From a bacterium (lineage in GTDB: Bacteria > UBA8248), in assembly GCA_965221165.1 (NCBI GenBank), contig CBDCRP010000003.1, positions 1,984,001 to 2,048,000 on the forward strand: 64,000 nucleotides of DNA, read 5' to 3'. The position numbers were made by a program, and so were the translations under genes. Under the pieces are notes generated by a model. It saw nothing but the letters and a program-made list of their open reading frames with translations, ran no database searches and was not told the DNA's origin. This document shows positions 40,356 to 49,916 of this stretch, in pieces. The first letter of the stretch is position 1; every line of letters begins with the position of its first letter.

Positions 40356-41552
40356 CTAAAAAGCGGTGGCTAAGCCTTTCACGTAGGCTTGCGCCGTTCT
40401 TAACCGCAAAATCTGATTCGTGCCGTCGGAGTGCAAAAACGTGCTGGCATCGCGAAGATATTTCTCCATGGGAATGTCGTGCATAATGCCCGCGCCGCCA
40501 AATATCTCCATGCCCAGGCGTGCGCAGTCAAAGGCGACCTCCGATGCAAAAACCTTGCACTTCCACCCTTGCGTAAAATCATAGGGTTTTTGATGATCCA
40601 CAGCCCAGGCGGTGCGCCATATGTATGTGCGCGCAATGTCCAAATTCATCGCCATATCAGCCAACATGGTTTCTATCGCCTGATGCTGGGCGATGGGCTT
40701 GCCCCCTTGAACACGTTTTCGGCTGTAATCGAGCGCTTTCTCGAATGCGGCGCGCCCGACACCCAGAACTGTTGCGGCTGCTTCTGGTTTACCCATCGCC
40801 AGGAGGTTGCCCCTGATTTCAAACATGCTTCCTTCGCCCAGGATAACGTGGTTCTCGGGAATCTCGACATTTTCGTAAAAGATTTCCGAATTCATCGAAA
40901 GGCGTTGACCTATTTTTTCATGCACATGGCCAATCGATACGCCAGGAGTGTCTCTCGGAACCAGAAAACCGGTTAAACTCTCTCTTAAATTTTTACTGAG
41001 GTCGATCCTGGCCGCTAAAATGTACAACGACGCCACAGGGCCGTTGCTGATGTAGCGTTTTTGCCCATTGATGATCCACTTGCCGTTTTTTTTCTCCGCA
41101 CGCGCGTAAAGCGCGATGGAGGGATCGTCATAATATCCTTGGTGATCGGTTCCCGCTCCTTCTTCCGTCATGGAAATCGCAACCAGGAATCTTGGTTCCT
41201 CACACAAGCGTTTTATCCAGGGGTCTCTGAGTTCAGGCTCTACTTTTTCCAGTATATGGGACAGCTTCCAGGTCTGATCCAGATTTACCGCAAAACCCAT
41301 ATCGCCCACGGAAAGTTCTTCTCCCGCCAGACAACACGAAAGGACATCGGCGTCCATGCCGCCATATTCTTTGGGATAAGGCAGTTGCCTGAGGCCCAAA
41401 GCGCTTGCCTTTTCCGTCAAGTCCCACGGCATCCGTTCTTCCCAGTTCTGAATCCGATCACGCTCGGGAGCCACCGGGGCCAGTTCTTCATAGGAAAATT
41501 TTCTGGCTATTTGCTGAATTCGCAACTGCTCTGCATTTAACGTGAATTCCAT
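40356..41552 (-). CDS. Acyl-CoA dehydrogenase family protein
   Basis: MTEEGAGTD, NGQKRYISNG, RVQGGKPI, IFGGAG, DGTNQILR. Confidence 0.93.
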   Translation of the reverse strand: MEFTLNAEQLRIQQIARKFSYEELAPVAPERDRIQNWEERMPWDLTEKASALGLRQLPYPKEYGGMDADVLSCCLAGEELSVGDMGFAVNLDQTWKLSHILEKVEPELRDPWIKRLCEEPRFLVAISMTEEGAGTDHQGYYDDPSIALYARAEKKNGKWIINGQKRYISNGPVASLYILAARIDLSKNLRESLTGFLVPRDTPGVSIGHVHEKIGQRLSMNSEIFYENVEIPENHVILGEGSMFEIRGNLLAMGKPEAAATVLGVGRAAFEKALDYSRKRVQGGKPIAQHQAIETMLADMAMNLDIARTYIWRTAWAVDHQKPYDFTQGWKCKVFASEVAFDCARLGMEIFGGAGIMHDIPMEKYLRDASTFLHSDGTNQILRLRTAQAYVKGLATAF

Positions 41553-41628
41553 CTATACCCCTCCCGCTAATCATTCCCCGAAAGCGAGGCAACGATTCGG
41601 CTACCTTCAAGGAAAAACAAAAAGCGCA

Positions 41629-42012
41629 TCATGAAGAATAAAACAATACGCGATTGGCTGCATCCATCTCGATAACGCCAGGCGGTCTGCCAACACCTTC
41701 GACGAAAGCGGCATCCGTTCTCGCCATTTGGAGTTGAAGAACAGCCTCGTTCAAATCCGCGTTTGCAGATAAGGATATTCCTCGCCTTGCAGGCATTCCC
41801 CTCTCGGCAACCTCTCCCACTCTTTGAAAAACCTCGGGCACACGGATAAACTCATCAATGTCTTTTTTATTCAAGATGCCCACTAGGCGTTTATCATCAA
41901 AAATCGCAGCCCAGGGTGCGTTTATCCTGTTCATGGCCACCCACGCCTCTCTGGCGTCTTCCTCCACTCCAACAATCGCTACTGCCTGTAAAAAACACTC
42001 CCGAACTTTCAT
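41629..42012 (-). CDS. CBS-domain-like protein
   Basis: MKVRE...LVGILNKKDI pattern. Confidence 0.6.
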   Translation of the reverse strand: MKVRECFLQAVAIVGVEEDAREAWVAMNRINAPWAAIFDDKRLVGILNKKDIDEFIRVPEVFQRVGEVAERGMPARRGISLSANADLNEAVLQLQMARTDAAFVEGVGRPPGVIEMDAANRVLFYSS

Positions 42013-42710
42013 CGTTCGAGTCTCTCGGCTACCGATAAATGCCCAAAACGCGGCATCATCTCCACTTTCAAGAATCTTGATTTCATCGCTTTTAGTCTTT
42101 CCAGCGGATTTTGGGCAATTTCGCCGGCCAGAGCGCCAGCTTCCGCCATCAAGTCTTCCCTGGATGTGACACGATTCAACAATCCTAAGTGATATCCCTC
42201 TTGCGCATCAAACCTTCTGCCAGTGAGCACCAAGTCTTTTGCGGATGGAACAAAAATCTGCCGCGTCAGGCGAACGGTAGCATCTGCCCCCGGAAATACC
42301 CCCAATGCAGTCTCCGGATACCCCAAAACAGCATCATCCACGGCAATACGAATGTCACATGAGAGCATCAATACCATTCCCCATCCAAAAGCTGGGCCGT
42401 TTACCGCTGCAATCGTCGGGATAGGCAACTCACGAAGGATTACGCTCCACCTCTCGCCCAACATCATGAAACGCTTTGCTTGTTCTTTGGTATGAGTGGC
42501 GCTTTCCTTCAGATCGCGTCCTGCCGAAAAAGAACTTCCTGCGCCCGTCACAATAAGGACTTTAATGTCCCGTCTGCCCTTAATTCCAGCCATCTCCCTG
42601 CACATGGCCTCCATTAGCGGCGTGTTGAACGCATTACGCGTTTCCGGGCGATTCACTGTGATGCTCGCGACATTCGAGTCAGTATGTGTGATGAGGAGGT
42701 CTTTGTTCAT
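42009..42710 (-). CDS. Enoyl-CoA hydratase/isomerase family protein
   Basis: NRPETRNA, FSAGRDL, AAVNGPAFGWG, PETALG. Confidence 0.92.
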   Translation of the reverse strand: MNKDLLITHTDSNVASITVNRPETRNAFNTPLMEAMCREMAGIKGRRDIKVLIVTGAGSSFSAGRDLKESATHTKEQAKRFMMLGERWSVILRELPIPTIAAVNGPAFGWGMVLMLSCDIRIAVDDAVLGYPETALGVFPGADATVRLTRQIFVPSAKDLVLTGRRFDAQEGYHLGLLNRVTSREDLMAEAGALAGEIAQNPLERLKAMKSRFLKVEMMPRFGHLSVAERLER

Positions 42711-42785
42711 TTTCCGCCTCAATAAGCAAAAAGCCCATCCTCAGGGGGGCAGGCTCGGTATTTCAGGCAAAATTTTTGACGACTT

Positions 42786-43568
42786 TTATTCTCCTGTAAA
42801 ATTGGGCTTCCTCTTCTCTTTGAAAGCCGCCAGCGCTTCAGCGAAATCCTTGGTGTGATTCAACGGCAACCTGAGGGCGTTGGAAAACTCGACAGCCTGA
42901 GAGAGCGGCATATCGAGTGTTTGGTCGATTACTTTCTTCGCGCCACGGACCCCCAAGGGGCCATTATCCCTTATTTTTTCCGCCACGGACATCGCTTCAT
43001 TCATGAGCCCATTCAGGGGATGCGCTTTGTTCACCAAGCCGATGCGCTCGGCTTCTTTTCCATCGATTCTCTTGCTCGTGAAAACCAGCTCTTTCGCCTG
43101 ACCGGCCGGCATGATTCTTTGTAGCCTGACCACTCCACCGGCTCCCGGGAAAATACCCAGGCTGCATTCCGGCAAACAAAGAGTGGCTTCTTCCGCAGCC
43201 AACCTGATGTCGCACCCCAAGGTAATCTCCACGCCCCAGCCGAACGCGTGGCCATTGATGACGGCTATAGTAGGCATGGGCAAGAGTTCCCATAGTGTAG
43301 TCGTCGCCATCACATGGCGCTGGTATTGGTCAGCCATCTCCTTGGTATGCGTAGCGCTTTCTTTGAGGTCACGTCCCGTACTGAAAGCGCGCCCCTCTCC
43401 AGTGAGGATAACCACGCGCACATTCCGCGCGGCGGCTAAGGTTCGCGCCAACTCCACGAATTCTTCCGCCATCTTGAAGCTGACCGCATTCAAACTCTCC
43501 GGGCGGTTGAGCTTCACTACGGCCAATCCATCCTCTTCCGTATAGAATATCGTTTCGAATTCGCGCAC
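42786..43568 (-). CDS. Enoyl-CoA hydratase/isomerase family protein (paralog)
   Basis: NRPESLNA, FSTGRDL, NGHAFGWG, PECSLG, EKRKPNFTG. Confidence 0.93.
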   Translation of the reverse strand: MREFETIFYTEEDGLAVVKLNRPESLNAVSFKMAEEFVELARTLAAARNVRVVILTGEGRAFSTGRDLKESATHTKEMADQYQRHVMATTTLWELLPMPTIAVINGHAFGWGVEITLGCDIRLAAEEATLCLPECSLGIFPGAGGVVRLQRIMPAGQAKELVFTSKRIDGKEAERIGLVNKAHPLNGLMNEAMSVAEKIRDNGPLGVRGAKKVIDQTLDMPLSQAVEFSNALRLPLNHTKDFAEALAAFKEKRKPNFTGE

Positions 43569-43607
43569 CTACCCCTCCTGAAAAATACCTTTTCGTTTCG
43601 GCTCGGA

Positions 43608-44138
43608 TCAGCTTTTCAGATGGCTGGCAACTTCTTCGACAAACTTCAGCGTCGTTTCTCGCATTTCCTCGGGCTGTAAATTGCTGACCGGATGGGGCAA
43701 TTGGATATACGGGTGCCCCTCCATGCCCTTGCCTCGAAATTGAAAGTCCGCCGCGTTCTTGAACGCCTCGGTGATGATGGTGGTCGAAGGAACGCCTCGT
43801 TTTTCAAATTCAACCGTGTCGTGCACACTGCACAACGTGCAAGAGCCTCAGCCCCCTAATGCGGCTATCGCCACATCCACCTCCTGGGCCATTTCTTCAA
43901 TCATTTCATCCGTGGCGGGTTTCGAGTAATGCTCCTTGCGCAGCGAGACGACTCTGGCCACGTCAAATTGCTCACGAAGAGCATTTCCCAGAGTGTCCAA
44001 AATAATATCCGCTTGCTCTTTCGTGTTGTCGAGGAGTCCTACCACCTTGCCAGAAAGATCGCCGGGTCGTTGCGCCAGCTCAATTTTCGCGGCTGAGCCA
44101 CCCGCCGTCGGGTCGATAAATCCCATTCCGTTCGCCAT
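43608..44138 (-). CDS. UGSC-family selenoprotein (one gene, split into two ORFs by UGA)
   Basis: ...AIAALGG-TGA(43848-43850)-GSCTLCSVHDTVEFEKRGVP... in frame; LLDNTK motif; SECIS-like hairpin. Confidence 0.88.
43818..43836 (-). promoter_or_regulatory. Putative SECIS hairpin of the UGSC gene
   Basis: GUUGUGCA-GUG-UGCACGAC; 8-bp stem starting at +12 after the UGA, loop begins with G. Confidence 0.55.
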
Positions 44139-44345
44139 GGCTTTCTCCATATGATATGTGAATTCAACCGTATCTAAATCATATCTCGCTAATCTTTCCT
44201 TGTCTACGATATCCGACCATTCGATTTCTCTTGTCGATTCTCTCTTGAAAATACGAATGATATTTTATCCGCTTCTCAGATTCGCCGAATTTTGGCAAAA
44301 TCAAGTCCAATTCACGAAAATCCTCTTTTCTTAAGGAGTAAACAA

Positions 44346-46607
44346 ATGGCCGATTACGATATCATCGGCAAGTCAAATGTTCGATACGACGCTATTCCGA
44401 AAGCGGATGGCTCTATGCCCTATGGAGAAGACGCGATACCCGCAGGCGCATTGCAGTGCGGCGTATTGTTTACGCCCATCCCCGTAGGCCGCTTGAAAAA
44501 ACTTGACACTTCAAAAGCCGAAAAAATTCCGGGCGTAGCCGCTATTTTGACCGCAAAGGATATTCCGGGCATAAACGCGCGATTCGGCTCCGGCACGACG
44601 GGCCTGCCCCATCAGCCAGTGTTGGTGGAAGATAAAATTGAATTTACCGGAGACGCTCTCGCCATCGTAGGCGCTGAAACCAGAGAAGCGCTTGATGCTG
44701 CGATAGCAGCCATCGAAGTGGAAATCGAAGCGGAAGAGGGCGTGTGGACAACGCGTCACGATGAAACGAGCGCCGAGAAACGACAGGCGTGTGATTTCGA
44801 GGTAACCCGAGGAGATACAAAAACCGCGTTTGACGAAGCCGATGTGGTGATTGAGAAAACATACACCACGCAACTCGCCGAACACGCATTTCTGGAACCC
44901 GCCTCCGGCACTTCCTGGATGGAAGAAGACGGCGTCATCACAATCCGTGTCGGCACTCAGCTTATTGAATACTATCGCGCCATAGCGGCGATCTTGGGAA
45001 TCTCGCAGAGCCGTGTCCGACACCTCGGAACTTACGTCGGCGGCGGTTTCGGCGCCAAAGGCATGCTGACCGTAGAACCTTACCTGGCACTGCTCACTTG
45101 GCATACGCAAAGGCCCGCCGTAATGGTGCTGGGTCGCGAGCACGGCATCAGAAACACCTCGAAAAAACATCCTTTCTATATGAAATACAAAACAGGAGCG
45201 ACCAAGGACGGGAAAATTTTGGCCGTACAAGCGGATATCGTGGGCGACGCAGGCGCCTATCCGTATAAATCCAATTTGTTCCTCCTGGGCGCGATGTGCA
45301 TCGCCGCAGGCCCTTACGATGTGCCCAACGCAAAAATTCGTGCGCACGGCTATCTCACCAACAATCCTATCACCAACGCGATGCGTGGCGTTGGCTCGAA
45401 CCAGGTCTGCTTCGCATATGAGACCCAAATGAATCTGGTTGCAGACTCCATCGGGATGGACAAATACGAATTCAGGAGGAAAAATTTCATCCAGAAAGGC
45501 CAGGAACTGCCCACCGGGCAAAAAATTCCTTATGAACCGAACCTGGAAGGATGCCTCGACAGCGCGCTTCAGGCCTTGGGCGAACCCACAGAACCAGGCC
45601 CGGGAAAACGTATTGGCCGGGCGGCAGCAGCGAACATCACCGGCTACGGAAGGCCAAATGACGATGCGAATGCGGCGGTTCACCTTGAGCCGGATGGCAG
45701 CGCCGTGGTTCGCGTGAGCGCACCAGATATTGGAGCAGGGCAGGGCGCTACGCTTCAAAGCATCACGGCTGAAACCCTGGGACTCAGGCTCGATCAGGTT
45801 TCCACCCGTCTATCCGATTCCGCTACTACGCCGCTCTCGGGCATCACTGCCGGGTCCCGCCAAACTCTCATGGCTGGGCACGCCGTTCAACTTGCCGCAG
45901 ACGAGGTTAGGAAAACCGTGACTAAAGGCGCCGCTTCATTGCTCGAGGCTGCTGAAGAGGACATTCGCGTGGGTGGCGGCGAGGCGTGGGTGTCCTCCGC
46001 TCCCGAGAGGAGAGTTGGCATCGGTGCTGCGGCTGGCGAAGCCAAAAAAATGGGTGAAGCACTACATTGCACCCATGGCTACAACATGCCGGGACATGAA
46101 TATGAGAATCCTAAGCGATACATGAACGGCATGGGCGGATGGTCGGACTACACCTTTGGCGTTCACGCAAGCGAAGTGGAAGTCGACATCGAAACCGGTG
46201 AAGTGAATCTCTTGAAGCATGTCGCCAGCCATGATGTCGGGCGAGCGCTGAACCCTCAAAGCGTGGAAGGGCAATTTGAAGGGGGCGCGGTAATGGGGAT
46301 TGGCTACGCTCTACACGAGGAAATCACCATGGTGGAAGGAGACTGCCGATCGCAAAGCTTTCACGAATATCTAATCCCCACTTCCTCGGATATCGGCGAG
46401 TTTGAGTCTGTCGTTCTTGAGTGTGGGGAAGGCGCGGGTCCGTATGGCGCACGCGGCGTTGGGGAGCCACCATGCAATAACGCGCCAGCCGCAGTCGCCC
46501 TCGCCATAAACGATGCGATAGGCACGGAAGTCTACGACCTGCCCATTACACCCGAGCGCGTCTGCTGGGCTGTAATGAAGAAAAACGGCAAAAGCAACGG
46601 CCATTAA
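44346..46607 (+). CDS. Xanthine dehydrogenase family molybdopterin-binding subunit
   Basis: EHAFLEP, VGGGFGAK, AMRGVG, DIGAGQG, AGSRQT, GQFEGG, GVGEPP. Confidence 0.93.
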   Translation: MADYDIIGKSNVRYDAIPKADGSMPYGEDAIPAGALQCGVLFTPIPVGRLKKLDTSKAEKIPGVAAILTAKDIPGINARFGSGTTGLPHQPVLVEDKIEFTGDALAIVGAETREALDAAIAAIEVEIEAEEGVWTTRHDETSAEKRQACDFEVTRGDTKTAFDEADVVIEKTYTTQLAEHAFLEPASGTSWMEEDGVITIRVGTQLIEYYRAIAAILGISQSRVRHLGTYVGGGFGAKGMLTVEPYLALLTWHTQRPAVMVLGREHGIRNTSKKHPFYMKYKTGATKDGKILAVQADIVGDAGAYPYKSNLFLLGAMCIAAGPYDVPNAKIRAHGYLTNNPITNAMRGVGSNQVCFAYETQMNLVADSIGMDKYEFRRKNFIQKGQELPTGQKIPYEPNLEGCLDSALQALGEPTEPGPGKRIGRAAAANITGYGRPNDDANAAVHLEPDGSAVVRVSAPDIGAGQGATLQSITAETLGLRLDQVSTRLSDSATTPLSGITAGSRQTLMAGHAVQLAADEVRKTVTKGAASLLEAAEEDIRVGGGEAWVSSAPERRVGIGAAAGEAKKMGEALHCTHGYNMPGHEYENPKRYMNGMGGWSDYTFGVHASEVEVDIETGEVNLLKHVASHDVGRALNPQSVEGQFEGGAVMGIGYALHEEITMVEGDCRSQSFHEYLIPTSSDIGEFESVVLECGEGAGPYGARGVGEPPCNNAPAAVALAINDAIGTEVYDLPITPERVCWAVMKKNGKSNGH

Positions 46608-46622
46608 CTGGTAATCAACTAC

Positions 46623-46655
46623 AAAAAAGCCCCGGCAAGCTGCCGGGGCTTTTTT
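46623..46655. terminator. Bidirectional rho-independent terminator
   Basis: AAAAAAGCCCCGGCA-AGC-TGCCGGGGCTTTTTT between convergent genes. Confidence 0.9.
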
Positions 46656-46743
46656 CTTCAGAAAAACACTAAACCATTCCTAGCTTCACAAAGGCTTATA
46701 CGAACAAGTGGAACATGAGATTTTGTCACGCCATCAAGCTATT

Positions 46744-47793
46744 TCACACACTAAATTTTTTTATCACGGCCCGGCACGCCACGGTAATTCCGTGCATGAC
46801 CATGCTGGAGGGCGACCCCCTGCTTCCTGCGACGATCAAATGAAGATCCTCGGGATCACCTACCGCAGGCACAAAAAAATCATCATCATTCACATCCACG
46901 GGAAACGGCCAACGATCCGCGCCTTTCTCGCCTCGCCATATGCCGCCACGTTTTATGTCCCCGATTTTGCGGCCTCCCATTTCCATCAATTTTTGATGAA
47001 CATCGGAGCGGCTGAGCCCGGCGTCAGAGCAAAGGTGCGCATGTTGCGCGCCCAGGACAACCGCCATGTCCGCTTGTCGATACATATTGGGGCCGCCTAA
47101 AGCGGACATCATGTCAGCAACTGTCGTAAGAAGCCGATCCGGAGTCAGGCTCGCATCGTCCCATACCTGCACGGGCCCTTCGAGGGGAATCATGGTTACC
47201 GCATTATCATTTTTTAAAAACCCTTTCGATTCCGCATATGACTCCCAGGGCGATTCCTCCTCGTTCTCCAAGATGCAAAAAGTGTTTCGCCAGGGACCTC
47301 CAAAACCGCCTAGACAGGTAACCCCGGGAATTCCGCCACCCACGTTCATCATGATGAGCCTCACGGCGCGGCCGATGGTCAGATTTGCGCGAAAGCCGGG
47401 ACCCATACAGCCTACCCCTCCGTGCAATCCGATTTCCTTGGCGTAGGGACCATTGACCAGCAAAAAAGGAGCGCCCGCGCTCGTCGTGGCCTGAATCAGG
47501 TTTACGTTAAACTGCTCATCGAGAAGCGCTTCCAGTCCTGCTATCAGTACCGGCATGTATTCAGGCTTACAGCCCGCCATCACGGCATGGGCCGCAACGC
47601 TTTGGATGCTGAGTTCGCCCCCTGCCGGAGCTACGTCGCCTATAACTTCACCCGGCTCTCTTTTGGTTCCTGAGAGCATCATATCGATTCTCTCTTCCGT
47701 CGGCGTCACTACAGGCAAGCCGTCCGACCATTCTTTTTCAAAGAAAAACTCGAATTCGTCCATACGCTCATCCTCAAAAGTAACCCGACTCAA
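46744..47793 (-). CDS. Uncharacterised 'DGLPV-x-PT' protein (UGSC-associated family), paralog 4
   Basis: WSDGLPVVTPT, HAVMAGCKPEY, VNGP, GPGFRAN, ENEEESPW; start TTG 47793 or ATG 47763. Confidence 0.85.
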   Translation of the reverse strand: MSRVTFEDERMDEFEFFFEKEWSDGLPVVTPTEERIDMMLSGTKREPGEVIGDVAPAGGELSIQSVAAHAVMAGCKPEYMPVLIAGLEALLDEQFNVNLIQATTSAGAPFLLVNGPYAKEIGLHGGVGCMGPGFRANLTIGRAVRLIMMNVGGGIPGVTCLGGFGGPWRNTFCILENEEESPWESYAESKGFLKNDNAVTMIPLEGPVQVWDDASLTPDRLLTTVADMMSALGGPNMYRQADMAVVLGAQHAHLCSDAGLSRSDVHQKLMEMGGRKIGDIKRGGIWRGEKGADRWPFPVDVNDDDFFVPAVGDPEDLHLIVAGSRGSPSSMVMHGITVACRAVIKKFSV

Positions 47794-47797
47794 ATGC

Positions 47798-48814
47798 TTA
47801 TAGTTGATAATCAGTCGAGACCGCCTCACTGCCATCCACCCAACCTGGCATGACGGCCGTCACCGGTCCGGGCGTACCCCCTGCGACGACAACAATCAGA
47901 TCGTCTTTATCCTTAATCGCCGGAACCATAAACGAATCATCTTGCGGATCGATATCAAATGGCCACTTCTTTATCATCTCCTCGCGCCAATAGCCCGATT
48001 TTCTCAGCTCTCCAAGGGGTCTGCGCGCAAGTTCCATTAGTCGTCGATGGACATCTTCTTTACCAAGCCCCGCTTGCGCGCACATGCGTGCATGATCCGG
48101 ACCAAAAGCGACAACCACCTGAGTCTTTAGCCAGATGTTCAGCGAACCAAGGGTGGATATTTTATCCGCTAAACCCACGAAAAATGATTCCGGCTCTTTT
48201 GAATAATCATCGATATACCCTTGAGGCGCTTCTGTCATCACGGCGGTTACAACATCGTCATTTTGATGAAATCCTCTCGTGACGGAAAATGGCTCCCAAG
48301 GGCTTTCTGCTTCATTCTCGGCGATACAAAACGTATATCTGGCAGGTGAACCGAAGGTGCTCATAGAGGCGAAAACCGGTACACCGCCGCCCAGGTTCAT
48401 GAGAATGAGCCTGATGGCGCGACCAATCGTCGCGTTCGCCCGAAAACCCGGCCCAAAGCATCCTGTACCGCCATGAAGACCGATTTTATTCGCATAAGGT
48501 CCGTTCACAATAATCAAAGGGGCTGCGCTATGCATGGTGCCCTGCACGCCGTTCAAGTTTAGTTCTGGGGTTAAGAGCGCCCGGAGGCCAGCTATAACGA
48601 CGGGTAAATACGAGGATTCACAGCCCGCCATTACGGCGTGCGCGGCAACCGCTTCGACGCTGGCCTCCCCCATGAGGGGCGGCACCAAGCCAATGACTTC
48701 CGAAGCCTCAATTCTTGCGCCCGAGAACATAGCGGCCATTCGTTTTTCGGTAGGGGGGATTACCGGAAGACCATCCGACCAGGATTTTTGAAAGAAAAAC
48801 TCGAATTCATCCAT
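47798..48814 (-). CDS. Uncharacterised 'DGLPV-x-PT' protein, paralog 3
   Basis: Same motifs; the RBS-supported ATG at 48842 is out of frame by 1 nt. Confidence 0.85.
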   Translation of the reverse strand: MDEFEFFFQKSWSDGLPVIPPTEKRMAAMFSGARIEASEVIGLVPPLMGEASVEAVAAHAVMAGCESSYLPVVIAGLRALLTPELNLNGVQGTMHSAAPLIIVNGPYANKIGLHGGTGCFGPGFRANATIGRAIRLILMNLGGGVPVFASMSTFGSPARYTFCIAENEAESPWEPFSVTRGFHQNDDVVTAVMTEAPQGYIDDYSKEPESFFVGLADKISTLGSLNIWLKTQVVVAFGPDHARMCAQAGLGKEDVHRRLMELARRPLGELRKSGYWREEMIKKWPFDIDPQDDSFMVPAIKDKDDLIVVVAGGTPGPVTAVMPGWVDGSEAVSTDYQL

Positions 48815-48855
48815 TGGGATACGACACCGCTTTCTCTGTCATGGAGACTCCGGCG

Positions 48856-49890
48856 CTATACTTCATAGGCCCCATGAACGGCGCGGCTGCCGCCACTCCA
48901 GCCATGACAAACCGCGCTGCCGGAACCCCAGCCGCCCGCGACGATCAAATGGAGGTCGCGGGGGTCTTTGATGACGGGGACAAAAAACTCATCATCATCG
49001 GGATCCACATGAATATACATATCCAGCGCGCGCCTGCGTCGCCAGTTGCCGCCGCGCTTCAGATCTTTCACCTTATGTCCGGCCAACTCGCACAGGCGCT
49101 GGTGCACGTCCGCACGGGTAAGGCCGCCACCAGAGCAAATTTTCGCATGCTGGGGATTCATGGCGACGACCATGTCGGTCCTGGGCGCGTGCATGTTCCA
49201 GGAACCCAGGCCCGTCATCGCATCTGCGATTCCTCGGAGCAGGCGCTCGGGCTCCTCACTGACATCATCGAAAGTCAGGCGCGGGCTTTCCACCATGGCC
49301 ATGGTGATCACATTTTCATCCGCCCCGTATCCCCTGGATACAGCGAGCGTCTCCCAGGGGTGAAACTCCAGGTTCTCCGTGATGCACGCGGTATAGCGCA
49401 GCGGCGTGCCGAAAATCGTCATCGAAGAAACACCCGGGATGCCGCCACCCAGATTCATTAAAACCAGGCGAATGGCTCGGCCAATGGAAGCGTTGGCCCT
49501 AAAACCGGGACCAAAACAGCCATTTCCTCCGTGAATGCCGATATTCTCGGAATAAGGGCCATTCACGATCATGAGAGGCGCCACACCATGCATCGTGCCC
49601 TGCACGCCGTTCATGTTGAACTCATCGCGAAGCATGAGGGAGGTAGCGCCGAGAACGACCGGCAAGTACTCGGGTTTGCAGCCGGCCATCACCGCATGAA
49701 CTGCCACGCTATGGACCGTGGCCTCGCCCATGGCGGGAGGAACGTGGCCGATGAACTCATCCGGATTTCTCTTCGTGCCGGAAAGCATGCGCTCTATGCG
49801 CTCTTGCGACGGAGTGACGACGGGCAAACCGTCCGACCATGGTTTTTCCAGGAAAAACTCGAATTCATCTAGAGGATCGTTCAAAACCAC
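48856..49890 (-). CDS. Uncharacterised 'DGLPV-x-PT' protein, paralog 2
   Basis: WSDGLPVVTPS, AVMAGCKPEY, GPGFRANASIGRA. Confidence 0.88.
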   Translation of the reverse strand: MVLNDPLDEFEFFLEKPWSDGLPVVTPSQERIERMLSGTKRNPDEFIGHVPPAMGEATVHSVAVHAVMAGCKPEYLPVVLGATSLMLRDEFNMNGVQGTMHGVAPLMIVNGPYSENIGIHGGNGCFGPGFRANASIGRAIRLVLMNLGGGIPGVSSMTIFGTPLRYTACITENLEFHPWETLAVSRGYGADENVITMAMVESPRLTFDDVSEEPERLLRGIADAMTGLGSWNMHAPRTDMVVAMNPQHAKICSGGGLTRADVHQRLCELAGHKVKDLKRGGNWRRRRALDMYIHVDPDDDEFFVPVIKDPRDLHLIVAGGWGSGSAVCHGWSGGSRAVHGAYEV

Positions 49891-49916
49891 TCACCCCCTG
49901 AAATATACGAGTATCA

